Source: Squalus acanthias (taxonomy: Eukaryota). Taken from it: a stretch of DNA of 64,000 nucleotides. Shown here piece after piece: positions 26,331 to 37,178 of this stretch. Under the pieces are notes generated by a model. The model saw nothing but the letters and a program-made list of their open reading frames with translations, was not told the DNA's origin and ran no database searches. The stretch lies in the NCBI GenBank assembly GCA_030390025.1, contig CM059433.1:17300001-17364000 (forward strand). The letters run 5' to 3'. A program made the position numbers and the translations under genes. Numbering within the stretch: the stretch's first letter is position 1; each line of letters starts with the position of its first letter.

Positions 26331-26894
26331 CAAGTGTGAGACGTTTAGATTCACCCTTGTCCTCCAACCCGTCAAACAGTTTCCAAAGTCCAGACCTGTT
26401 GAACAGACAACACAAAACCCAAGGATTCAGGAATAAATTCCTTTACTTAAAATCAACAAGAGGTCACAAGTAAGCTCACACAAAACTGTTGCATAATACT
26501 CCCGATTATATCTAAGCATACACAGGTTTATTCCCTTACTTTAAGATCAAGTGATAATAAGTCAACACTACATATGTACTAACACCAGTGAGTGGTCAAT
26601 TCAGCGATGACTAGACGTACGACTTTAACTGGCAACTGACCAAGTTGCCCCCGACTGCAGCAGCCCCAAGTGTCTTCTAACAGCATCTTTTATACCTTAA
26701 AACTTGGCAACCCTCCCACTGTGTACGTGTCTCTAACTAGACGGAAAATGGTCATCAGTTGTTTTTCAGTTCTTCATATCAATAGTTTGTCAAGCATCCC
26801 TGGGCCTTCAAGCTGGTTACATTCCATAGTCTGAAGATGTTTCTGTTTTTGCACTGATTCCACAGCTCAATAGTCTGTTCCCACAGAACTTTCA

Positions 26895-27760
26895 GGCCTA
26901 AAGAGTCGGTTGCTTTGCGCCACCCGTTGGCATCCTAAGAGGGTGCTAACTCTTAGTTGGCAGCTTTCACAACTTACAACCATAGCATCTCAGCAACCAG
27001 TCTCTTGGCCTCGCAAAGCAGGATGGTACATAAAATGTGGTCAACTTTTAAGTTTGGTCAAGTTACAGCAAAAGTTATAGCAAATCGTGTGTTCTTACAC
27101 CGAGCCAAGGCTGACACATTATGAAGCACCACAATGCCAACCACTGAAATCACTCGCAAAGCAACTAACGCCCGGGCGCGGCGCCGCCAACGCCTCCCGC
27201 AAAATTCAGCGGGAGGTTAGCAGCGGCGGTAACCGTTAGCGCCCCGGCCGCGATCTTCGGTAGTGCCCCCTGACTTACCGCCGGAGGCTATGTCCGACGG
27301 GGTCAGGGGGGCCTACCTGCGGCCGGGGCGGCGCTAATTAAAGGGAAGGTACCAGGCGGCCATTGTTGTTGCTGGCCGCCTGCCAGCACCTGCCCCCTCT
27401 GCCGTCCCCGGCCTCCTCTGAAGCCCCCCCCCGTGGAGTGCCGGCTGCGCTTCGTGAACCCGGCACTTCTCTTGAGTGCCGGGCATTTTTGGTGGCCCAG
27501 CTGGGCCCTGGGTTGTGCTGCGCTAGGCCCCTCCCCTTTAAGAAGGGGAGGAAGGCCTGCAGTACCGCGGCACGTAGCGCCGCAGTATTCACTCGCAGCG
27601 TCCCAAGAGGGAGGTGAGACGCTTCCAGTAGCACCCCGCTTCCCTCTTGGGGTGCTAATGATGAATTTCGGCCACGGGGGCGCTAATATGTTCTGGGCAC
27701 TAAAAGTAGCGCTCCGGCGAAGTTAGTGCCCCAATGGGGGCGCGACTCAATTTTTCTCCC
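26895..27760. mobile_element. Harbinger-type MITE (family A, inverted relative to 13217), TSD TCA, interrupted by a 199-bp copy of its downstream flank
   Basis: Aligns as reverse complement to 13217-13935; TCA at 26892-26894 and 27761-27763. Confidence 0.85.
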
Positions 27761-27993
27761 TCAAAGTCTGTCTTCTTTATCTGTTGAAAGACAATTGGCA
27801 GCTTTCACAACTTACAACCATAGCATCTCAGCAACCTGTCTCTTGGCCTCGCGAAGCATGATGGTACATAAAATGTGGTCAACTTTTAAGTTTGGTCAAG
27901 TTACAGCAAAAGTTATAGCAAATCGTGTGTTCTTACACCAAGCCAAGGCTGACACATTATGAAGCACCACAATGCCAACCACTGAAATCACTC
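26957..27993 (+). repeat. 199-bp direct duplication (26957-27155 and 27795-27993)
   Basis: Read by eye: 4 substitutions, no indels. Confidence 0.95.
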
Positions 27994-28845
27994 AAAACAT
28001 TTTTTGAAACTGCTGCCAATGGCCAGCTTGATTTCTCAATACTCAAAAAACATAGACCTAAAAATTAGATTTATAACATGATAAACACAAAAAGATTAAA
28101 CAGTTCTAAAAAAAAAACGAAACTTAGCCTTAAGCTTAACTGGTTTACCTTAGAAATACAGGCAACAACTTTCCTGTATTGAGGTCTGCCCTGAGGCTTG
28201 GGGTTTGAATTCGGTTCCATTTCTAGAGCTTGCAGTGTTTAATTAAGGCGTTTCTACCAATATTTTCAAGGCTCAGAGCATGCTGCACCTTAGTTTGTCA
28301 TTTTTTTATGCCTGGCAAAATGTTACTTCTGGGAAAATCCCACTCTTTGCTGCTGCAACAAGTAAATAAATGAAGTCATGAATTTGTGCATTCTGATTTT
28401 ATTCATTTCTGAAATCTTTGCTGCTGAATGAAATGAAGCTGGGCAACCGAATTTATCTGTTTATTTATTTATTTATTTTTGAGTCACACTTCTGCTCAGC
28501 CACCCGAACACAGAAAGGGGGAGGCACCCTCGGGAGTCCTGCCAGAATCCAGTGCTGCCAACCCTCTCAATGCTGATAGACATCACCCACATCACCCTGA
28601 GTGCTTCCAGGCCCCAGCCCATGACCCAATGCAGGCAAACACCAAACCCTTTCCCTAATGCTGCAAGGCCCCATTCTCTCTATTCTCAGGTACTGCCGTT
28701 CCCACGCCCCGATACTGATAGAGCCAATTCTCCCCAAGTGTTGGCAAGCATCCTGTTCTTTAAGTGCTCCCAACGCCCCCTCCCTTTCTCCCAAACATCC
28801 TGCTAGATCCCAGTTCCCTGATTTCTGCTAGCTTCAGACTGCTCA

Positions 28846-31800
28846 ATAAGAACATAAGAAATAGGAGCAGGAGTAGACCAATCGGCCCCTCGAGCCTGCT
28901 CCGCCATTCAATGAGATCATGGCTGATCTGATCCAACCTCAACTCTTAAGAACACATGAAGCAGGAGCAGGACCAGGCCACTCGGCCCCTGGGCCCGCTC
29001 CGCCACCCACAGGGCCTTGACCGATCCGAACTCAAACTCATGTCCAATTTCCAGCCCGCTCCCCGTAACCCCTGATTCCCTTTACTTCTAGGAAACGGTC
29101 TATTTCTGTTTTAAATTTATTTAATGAAGTAGCTTCCACAGCTTCCTGGGGTAGCAAATTCCACAGACCCACTACCCTCTGAGTGAAAAAGTTTCTCCTC
29201 ATCTCAGTTATGAAAGAGGAGCCCCTTATTCCAAGATTATGTCCCCTAGTTCTAGTTTCACCCATCATTGGGAACATCCTCACCGCGTCCACCCGATCAA
29301 GCCCCTTCACAATCTTATATGTTTCAATAAGATTGCCTCTCATTCTTCTGAACTCCAATGAGTAGAGTCCCAATCTACTCAACCTCTCCTCGTATGTCCA
29401 CCCCCTCATCCCCGGAATTAACCGAGTGAACCTTCTTTGTACTGCCTCGAGAGCAAGTATGTCTTTTCTTAAGTATGGACACCAAAACTGTATGCAGTAC
29501 TCCAGGTGCGGTCTCACCAATACCCTATACAACTGCAGCAATACCTCCCTGTTTTTATATTCTATCCCCCTAGCAATAAAAGCCAACATTCCATTGGCTT
29601 TCTTGATCACCTGCTGCACCTGCATACTAACTTTTTGATTTTCTTGCACCAAGACCCCCAGATCCCTTTGTACTGCAGTACTTTCCAGTTTCTCGCCATT
29701 AAGATAATAACTTGCTCTCTGATTTTTCCTGCCAAAGTGCATAACCTCACATTTTCCAATATTGTATTGCATCTGCCAAATCTCCGCCCACTCACCCAGC
29801 CTGTCTATATCCCCTTGTAGGTTTTTTATGTCCTCCTCACTCTCTACTTTCCCTCCCATCTTTGTATCATCTGCAAACTTTGATATGTTACACTCGGTCC
29901 CCTCCTCCAAATCGTTAATATAGATTGTAAAGAGTTGGGGACCCAGCACCGACCCCTGCGGAACACCACTGGCTACTGGTTGCCAGTCCGAGAATGAACC
30001 ATTTATCCCAACTCTCTGCTTCCTGTTAGATAACCAATCCTCCACCCATGCCAGAATATTACCCCCAATCCAGTGATTTTTTATCTTGAGTAATAATCTT
30101 TTATGTGGCACCTTGTCGAATGCCTTCTGGAAGTCTAAATACACTACATCTACTGGTTCCCCTTTATCCACCCTGTACGTTATGTCCTCAAAGAACTCGA
30201 GCAAATTTGTCAGACATGACTTCCCCTTCATAAAGCCATGCTGACTTTGTCCTATTAAATTATGTTTATCTAAATGCTCCGTTACTGTCTCCTTAATAAT
30301 AGACTCCAAAATTTTACCCACCACAGATGTTAGGCGAACTGGTCTATAATTTCCAGCCTTCTGCCTACAACCCTTTTTAAATAAGGGTGTTACATTAGCA
30401 GTTTTCCAATCTGCCGGGACCTTTGCTGAGTTCAGGGAGTTTTGGAAAATTATTACCAAAGCATCCACAATTCCTACTGCCACTTTCCTCAAGACCCTAG
30501 GATGTAAGCCATCAGGTCCAGGGGATTTATCCGCCTTGAGTCCCATTATTTTACTGAGTACCAATTCCTTAGTAATTTTAATCGTATTTAGCTCCTCCCC
30601 CACTAGAGCCCCCTGTTTGTCCAGTGTTGGGATATTCTTAGTGTCCTCTACCGTAAAGACTGAAACAAAATATTTGTTCAGCATTTTTGCCATCTCCATG
30701 TTTCCCACCATTAATTTCCCGGTCTCATCCTCTAAGGGACCTACGTTTGCCTTAACCACCCTTTTTCTTTTTATATAACTATAGAAACTCTTGCTATCTG
30801 TTTTTATATTTTTTGCTAATTTATTTTCATAGTCTATTTTCCCTGTCTTAATCAATCCCTTAGTTACTTTTTGTTGTCTTTTGAAGACTTCCCAATCTTC
30901 TATCCTCCCACTAACTTTGGCTACCTTATATGTCCTTGTTTTTAGTTGGATACTTTCTTTAATTTCTTTACTTAGCCATGGATGGCTGTCATTTCTTTTA
31001 CACCCTTTTTTCCTCAGTGGAATATATTTATTTTGAAAGTTGTAAAATAACTCCTTGAATGAACACCACTGCTCATGTACCGTCTTACCCTTTAATCTAT
31101 TTTCCCAGTCCACTTTAATCAATTCTGCTCTCATGCCATCATAGTCTCCTTTATTCAAGCTCAGTATGCTTGTTTGAGAACCAACCTTCTCACCCTCTAA
31201 TTGGATATGGAATTCAACCATGTTATGGTCACTCATTCCAAGGGGATCCTTAACTAGGACATTATTAATTAATCCAGACTCATTACACAGTACCAGGTCC
31301 AAGGTTGCTTGCCCCCTTGTAGGATCAGTTACATACTGCTCAAGAAATCCATCCCTAAGACACTCAATAAACTCTTCCTCAAGGCTGCCCTGCCCAATTT
31401 GATTTGTCCAGTTAATATGATAGTTAAAATCCCCCATAATTATAGCTGTTCCCTTATTACATGCCCCAACTATTTCCTGATTAATACTTCTTCCAACAGA
31501 GTTGCAACTATTAGGAGGCCTATATACTACTCCCACCAGTGTTTTTTTCCCCTTATTATTCCTAATCTCTACCCAAACTGTTTCATTATCCTGATCTTTT
31601 GACCCAATATCATTTCTCTGTATTACAGTGATTCCTTCCTTTATTAACATAGCCACCCCCCCTCCCCTTCCTTCCTGCCTGATCTTCCTGATTGTTAAAT
31701 ACCCTGGCATATTTAATTCCCAGACGTTGTCACCCTGCAGCCATGTTTCTGTAATGGCCAGAAGATCATACCCATACATAGTTATTTGTGCCGTTAACTC

Positions 31801-32018
31801 GTCAATTTTGTTACGAATGCTACGTGCATTCAGATAAAGAACTTTGAAATGTGTTTTGCGACCCTTACTTCCTGCTTTTTCCTTATTTAACACTTTACCT
31901 TTTACTCCATACCTTCTGTCCCTTCCTGACATGCTTTCCTCTGTCTCCCTGCTCAGGTTCCCAACCCCCTGCCACATTAGTTTAAATCCTCCCCAACAGC
32001 ACTAGCAAACACTCCCCC
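28846..32018 (-). mobile_element. Young CR1 LINE with complete ORF2, truncated in the last codons of ORF1; TSD CTGCTCA
   Basis: CTGCTCA at 28839-28845 and 32019-32025; (TTATGTTC)n-type tail; tandem double 3'UTR. Confidence 0.95.
29038..31977 (-). CDS. CR1 ORF2: AP-like endonuclease plus reverse transcriptase, 979 aa, no stops
   Basis: EN motifs YLNARS, ITETWL, VYRPP, MGDFN, LDLVL, SDH; RT motifs PGPDG, NYRPV, DFQKAFD, GVPQGSVLGP, FADD. Confidence 0.95.
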   Translation of the reverse strand: MWQGVGNLSRETEESMSGRDRRYGVKGKVLNKEKAGSKGRKTHFKVLYLNARSIRNKIDELTAQITMYGYDLLAITETWLQGDNVWELNMPGYLTIRKIRQEGRGGGVAMLIKEGITVIQRNDIGSKDQDNETVWVEIRNNKGKKTLVGVVYRPPNSCNSVGRSINQEIVGACNKGTAIIMGDFNYHINWTNQIGQGSLEEEFIECLRDGFLEQYVTDPTRGQATLDLVLCNESGLINNVLVKDPLGMSDHNMVEFHIQLEGEKVGSQTSILSLNKGDYDGMRAELIKVDWENRLKGKTVHEQWCSFKELFYNFQNKYIPLRKKGCKRNDSHPWLSKEIKESIQLKTRTYKVAKVSGRIEDWEVFKRQQKVTKGLIKTGKIDYENKLAKNIKTDSKSFYSYIKRKRVVKANVGPLEDETGKLMVGNMEMAKMLNKYFVSVFTVEDTKNIPTLDKQGALVGEELNTIKITKELVLSKIMGLKADKSPGPDGLHPRVLRKVAVGIVDALVIIFQNSLNSAKVPADWKTANVTPLFKKGCRQKAGNYRPVRLTSVVGKILESIIKETVTEHLDKHNLIGQSQHGFMKGKSCLTNLLEFFEDITYRVDKGEPVDVVYLDFQKAFDKVPHKRLLLKIKNHWIGGNILAWVEDWLSNRKQRVGINGSFSDWQPVASGVPQGSVLGPQLFTIYINDLEEGTECNISKFADDTKMGGKVESEEDIKNLQGDIDRLGEWAEIWQMQYNIGKCEVMHFGRKNQRASYYLNGEKLESTAVQRDLGVLVQENQKVSMQVQQVIKKANGMLAFIARGIEYKNREVLLQLYRVLVRPHLEYCIQFWCPYLRKDILALEAVQRRFTRLIPGMRGWTYEERLSRLGLYSLEFRRMRGNLIETYKIVKGLDRVDAVRMFPMMGETRTRGHNLGIRGSSFITEMRRNFFTQRVVGLWNLLPQEAVEATSLNKFKTEIDRFLEVKGIRGYGERAGNWT

Positions 32019-33146
32019 CTGCTCATTAACTCTAGATTTAGCTCCATACTGCTTCCCAGCCTCCTACTTATGTCCATTTCATCCCATAGCCCAATTCAAA
32101 TGCCAATCCCTTGCCCTCTAATGTCAACCCTCAGACCCAACATCCCACTTTCTCACTAACCTGTGCTACACTTAATTTGCTCTTGATTGTGGAGGTAAAC
32201 ACCTCCAGCCTACTACGTGTTGGCTACCATCTTGCTACATAGCCTAGGTTTTAAGAAAGGCGATATTGAGTGCATCACTACAAGTAGATGTGAGAGGCAT
32301 ACAGAGACATTGGGGAACCCGGAAGAAATAGAGGGAAGGAGCCTTACAAAAAAAGGAGTGATAATATATATTCTTATACCGCCCATGGTTATGACAGGCA
32401 ACCGTCTATATCGGGAAATTAACGCTAACCATAGATGTCAATTACAATGGCACCAGTTATAACATATTAAGTGTGCTGGCTATTTCGGGAAGTTTCAGAT
32501 GTTCAATCAGCAGTTCGCACCTCATTAAGGTGCAATTACCTTGGATACTCAATCCACTGTTTAAGTAGTGTTGGCTTACAGCTTGTGCTGCTCAGCGCTG
32601 ACGACAGCAGCAAGCACGGCTGGAAAGAGGAGATCCATGAGCCTCACCGCGAAAATCCTCAACAAAATGGAGGAACTGCCCAAGATGAGCCGCCAGTGCG
32701 ACCCAGCGCAGCATTTCGATATTCAAAAATCTACTGTCGCCGACCTGCAGCAAGAGTGTGAAAAGCTGTACACTGGCATCAAAATCCCAAGCCAGACAGA
32801 AAAAGGAAGTGCGTGGGTAAGGTTGGGGAAGTCGAAGAGACACTTGCTGCACTGGTTTCAGAATGCTCGTGGGGGAGATGCGCTTATCAGTGGCCTCCGT
32901 CTAGCCCGAAAAGCCAAGCATTTGGCTGAAACCTTTGGCAGGCCTAGTTTTAATCGCTCTGAGAGGTGGCCTCAGACGTGGAAGTCTCGCCACCACACAT
33001 GGTTCCATCATGCAGAAACGGGAAAAACTTACCCTCAGATGCTACAGGTGCAGAACAGTGGCTAGAAAATGTGTTGCCTGGGCTGCTCAAAGGTTATGAA
33101 ACCCTGAGCGTCTTTAATTGTGACAAGACTGGCGTTTTCTATAGCT

Positions 33147-33246
33147 ATGATGTGGAGATCACCTGACGAAGGAGCAGCGCTCCGAAAGCTTGTGATTTCA
33201 AATAAAGCTGTTGGACTATAACCTGGTGTTGTGCGACTTCTCACAT
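33147..33246 (+). mobile_element. 100-bp Penelope-like pseudo-LTR insert (family P2) in the Tigger ORF, 12-bp TSD TTTTCTATAGCT
   Basis: TSD at 33135-33146 and 33247-33258; removal rejoins GVFYS|CVGYGTLTFK; shares sequence with 43039-43169. Confidence 0.85.
33155..33199 (+). ncRNA. Minimal type I hammerhead ribozyme (Penelope-associated)
   Basis: Stem I GAGAUCAC/GUGAUUUC, core CUGACGA+A, stem II GGAGC-AGC-GCUCC, GAAA, palindromic AGCU; predicted cut after 33191. Confidence 0.8.
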
Positions 33247-33920
33247 TTTTCTATAGCTGTGTTGGCTATGGCACACTCACCTTCAAAGCTGAAGCTTTGC
33301 TTGGACGAAAAGATGCCGAGGAAAGTATTTCCGTCACAGATTGCTACAATGTGGATGGCAGTGAAAAATGCGATGTGCTGGTGGGTTGTCAATTCGCAAA
33401 ACCCTCACTGTTTTAGAGGAGTTCGCCACCTACTTGTGGTTTACCATGGAAACAAAACCACATGGATGACTACAGACATTTTATCTGAATGCCTACGCTT
33501 ATGGCATATAGAGCCAAACTGGGACACATTAAGAAAGGTGGATAAAGGTTGGCAGCAATGCAGCCAGAGAAAGACGGTTCAGACCCGGATTACAGAGTTT
33601 ATTGGTGGAGACGGCTGTGGTGTAAAGTTCAGCACAACTAAAGCCTTTATAATGTGTAACTTTACCACCCCATTTAACCGTCCACCTCATATAACGGGCA
33701 AACTGCGCTAACACTAACGCACCCGCTATAAGCAGTGGAAACTGTGTTACTTGAGGAAGGAATGTTGGTCAGAATGGCAACTTCCTCCTCTTCGTACAGT
33801 ATCACGAAATCTTTCAAGTTACCTGAACTGCCGGAACACGCTGACAAAACCTCAGTTAACATCTTCTCTGAAGGACTGCACTGTCACAAAAGCACAGTTC
33901 TGTGTCAAACAGGACATTTC

Positions 33921-34660
33921 CAGGGCCCCAAACACCCCTTCCAGGTGAAACAGCGATTTACTTGTACTTCCTGCAAGTTAGTATACTGTATTCGCTGCTC
34001 ACTATGTGGTCTCCTCTACATTGGGGAGACCAAAAGCAGATTGGGTGACCGCTTTGCGGAACACCTCCGTTCAGTCCGTAAGGGGGACCCCGAGCTCCTG
34101 GTGGCCTGTCACTTTAATTCACCGCTTCACTCCCACTCTGACCTCACCGTCCTCGGCCTCTTACACTGTTCCACGGAAGCTCAGCGTAAGCTCGAGGAAC
34201 AGCACCTCATCTTTCGTTTAGGCACCCTACAGCCCTCTGGACTCAATATCGAGTTCAACAATTTTAGATCATAACCTCGGCCCCTATCACATTTATATTT
34301 TATTTTATTTTTTCATCCACCCTTTTGTTTGGCCCCCCTTTTTGTTTCTCCCAGAAGCTGGCAGCTGTCCTTCATTCTGCCAGTGCATTTCACACTTCAT
34401 CTAGCCTCAACCTGCCACATTAACACCTCCTCTTGCCTTGATCATCTCTTAATGTCTCTCAATGTCTCTTAATCTCTCCTTTTGTTCTTTCATCCCCATC
34501 CCCTTTTCCCAGCTTTATCCTTGCTTTAAATCTATTTCATTTCCTGCTTTTTTCCAGTTCTGACGAAAGGTCTTCGACCTGAAACGTTAACTCTGTTTCT
34601 CTCTCCACGGATGCTGCCTGGCCTGCTGCTGAGTTTTTCCAGCGTTTTCTGTTGTTATTT
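33921..34660 (+). mobile_element. Penelope-like element 3' end: GIY-YIG endonuclease, 3'UTR and pseudo-LTR
   Basis: FTC...VYCIRCSLCGLLYIGETKSRLGDRFAEH...VACHFN...H...GLN (stop at 34274); flanks AGGACATTTC / AGGAAATTTC. Confidence 0.92.
34556..34592 (+). ncRNA. Minimal type I hammerhead ribozyme
   Basis: AGUU-CUGACGA-A-AGGUC(UUC)GACCU-GAAACGUU-AACU; predicted cut after 34588. Confidence 0.8.
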
Positions 34661-35171
34661 AGGAAATTTCTATCAATGTTTTAAAAATAGCTAAAGTTAA
34701 CATGTAAGCTACCATTTCTTATTAAATTTCAAAATGGATACTGTCTATGAGAAAGCAGACCAGATCTCGAAAAGAAGGCAGATAAGAGGACTTTGTTGTA
34801 GGAGAAATTCAAAATGCACTTTGTTTAAGGCCTTGGCAGATGTAGGACCCAGATAATGTGACAAAGTGCTCATTCGTATTCCATGCAGTAGGACGTCTTC
34901 ATATAATGACTTTGATCTTGGGTGATTGACAGTATTGTCTTTCGGGATCCAGAAATTGTATGAGATCTATCAGGTTTCTCCTGATCTCCAGTGGCTGATA
35001 TCATAACAAAAGCGTGATTAGCAATTCTGGGCACACATTCTAAACAGTGTCTGTATAAGACTGCATGTTCAGTTCATGTGAGGCTCAGTTTGCTTCTGGA
35101 AGCCACGTTTTTGCTGTGAACATGAGACAAAACTGCTTTAAGAAGTTATGAACCATCATAAACACCTGCCA

Positions 35172-35305
35172 CAGTTCTGACGAAGGGTCATCGACCTGAA
35201 ACGTTAACTCTGTTCCTCTCTCCACGGATGCTGCCTGGCCTGCTGAGTATTCCCAGCAATTTCTGTTTTTATTTCAGATTTCCAGCATCCGTAGTATTTT
35301 GCTTC
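35172..35305 (+). mobile_element. Solo Penelope pseudo-LTR (family P1) with an intact hammerhead core at 35177-35205
   Basis: AGUU-CUGACGA-A-GGGUC(AUC)GACCU-GAAACGUU-AACU, then the same downstream sequence as 34593-34660. Confidence 0.85.
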
Positions 35306-35425
35306 TCCGCAGTGTTAGCCTAGGTTCTCGACTTGAGAAAGAGAGGCAGAATCTTTTTTCATCCATGAGCTATGAAATGGGCAATCAACGACATGTTACA
35401 CAATAATGCATACCTTTTATGTATT

Positions 35426-36173
35426 GGGCCGGATTTTGCTGTGAAAACAACGGTGAGGCTAACAGCGCTCACCATTATTTATGCGAAAATTGGACAGCTC
35501 CTTCTGGCGAGCGGAGATGTGCAGTTGAATGCGAAATCCGGAAGTTGCTGTCCGAGATGCGCTGCCACTCCATAAGCTGCACGAAAACGGCATCTTGCCC
35601 TCTGGCTCTCCATTCAAATGTATTGAAAGACGTGAAGTTCCTGTACTGACATCGTAGATACGGACTAAACTGGCCACAGAAAGTTAGGGCTTGTCCATTC
35701 CGGTCTAAGTACCCTTTTAATGGTGTGGTACTTCTTAATTACTGCCAAACAACCTCTCTGGAACTGAAAATTAACTTTTACAGGTGTGAAATCTCATTCC
35801 TTCAGCTTTTAAATGTTGCTGGAGATTTTTTTTTAAAATAACTCTCTCTCTCTCTTAATCCAATCTTTCTTTCCCGCTCTATATTTTGCATGCTATACCT
35901 GATTCGGCATTGAATTCACTATTTTAACTTACACTTCCTGGTTCAGACTCTGCACAGCTCATTAACGATTCTTCAATCAGATGGGTTAAGGAGATATTTT
36001 GTTGCTTGCCCTGTTGACACAGGTCCCAGATCCTCTGCAGAGGCCGTTGCGCCATTTGGATATCTCGCTGACAACAACTTGGCGTGCAAAGCCCCCCAAA
36101 ATGTCTGCGGACAATTGCAAGTCTAATGAACCACGGGCGTCGTTCATTCAGCGCTCGCAGCAAAATCTGGCCC
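35426..36173. mobile_element. Harbinger-type MITE (family B), TSD ATT
   Basis: 16-bp TIR GGGCC(G/A)GATTTTGCTG; ATT at 35423-35425 and, beyond an L2 tail, 36277-36279; sibling at 38456. Confidence 0.85.
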
Positions 36174-36276
36174 AACAACAACAACAACTTGTATTTATAT
36201 AGCGTCTTTAACGTAGTAAAAAGTCCCAAGGCGCTGCACAGGAGTATTAAAAGACAAAAAATTTGACACTGAGCCC
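36174..36276 (-). mobile_element. L2 3'-terminal fragment
   Basis: (AAC)n followed by TTGTATTTATATAGCG..., the reverse complement of the L2 end. Confidence 0.88.
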
Positions 36277-36402
36277 ATTATATAATATACAATGGATCAT
36301 AATAAAACAGCATATCATGTGACTCACCATGACTAATGTCGCAGGAGATCTGCTAATTATATTTTATTTTTGATGTGCAGTGTTATATATATTTGTAATA
36401 TT

Positions 36403-37178
36403 GGGCCGGATATTCCGTTCCCTACGGGTATGTACGGGCTGTGTACACACCTGTAGGGACATCGGAAATGCCGGTTTCAGGCATGCACAGCGCATGCGCT
36501 GAAAACCGGCATTTCCGATCTGTCAAGAATGCTCTTATGCTCTTGACAGATCGGACGCCTGCCCTGGAGAAGGGCCTCTGCGGGCGGATAGTTCCACTTT
36601 CTGGAGAACCTCCGCTCGCAGAAAACCCTTAGAAATCTTATGCCTGGTAAAAGCAGACGTAAGGCCTGCTTTTACCAGCATAAGATTTGAAAAAAAGTAA
36701 AAAAAACAGAATTTTTTCACTCATTTATCATTTAAAAATACTTTTTTTTTTAAAAAGTACGTTTATTTTTAGCCCCGGAAAAAACTTTAATTATATTTTT
36801 CAAAAAATTAAATTTTTGTTTAAAATATTTAATTTATTGTAATTTCAACTAATTTTAAAAATGTAATGGTATTTTTAAAATTGATTTAATGTTTTACTGT
36901 GTTTTTGGGGTGATCTCCATTCATATATTTGACAGGTCTATCTGTCACGTGTATGAAGGGAGATTCCCTTCTTTGATTGGCTCCCCATGGCCCACGTGAT
37001 CCCAGGGACGCTTGCGAACCGCATGCGCCCCTGGGATACGTGGGCCCTGCGCACTTTGAGTTGGAGAGGCCCAGCATCGGAACTATACGCACCTCGGGAG
37101 CCCTCAGGTAAGTCCGTAGATTTTTTCCAGATCGGAGGCCTCTGCACGCGGAAAGCCTCCGATCGGAAAATGCGGCCC
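36403..37178. mobile_element. Harbinger-type MITE (family C)
   Basis: TIR GGGCCGGATATTCCG / CGGAAAATGCGGCCC; flanks ATT / AAT; several internal palindromes around an AT-rich centre. Confidence 0.8.

Larger units (their letters stand above)
32360..33745 (+). pseudogene. Decayed Tigger/pogo (TIGD/CENP-B-like) transposase element
   Basis: HTH remnants (FDIQKSTVAD; LLHWFQNAR..ISG..L..KAKHLA..F..S..W...WK.RH) and DDE start (VFNCDKTGVFY, NVDGSEK, PHCFRGV, NKTTWMT) across frameshifts; right end ...GCTATAAGCAGTGGAAACTG. Confidence 0.85.

Noticed and set aside
33735..33920. N-terminal part of the 179-aa ORF as a host-GIY-YIG fusion gene
   Set aside because: It starts at GTG in flanking DNA and runs through the TSD into a truncated Penelope; most likely a chance open frame.
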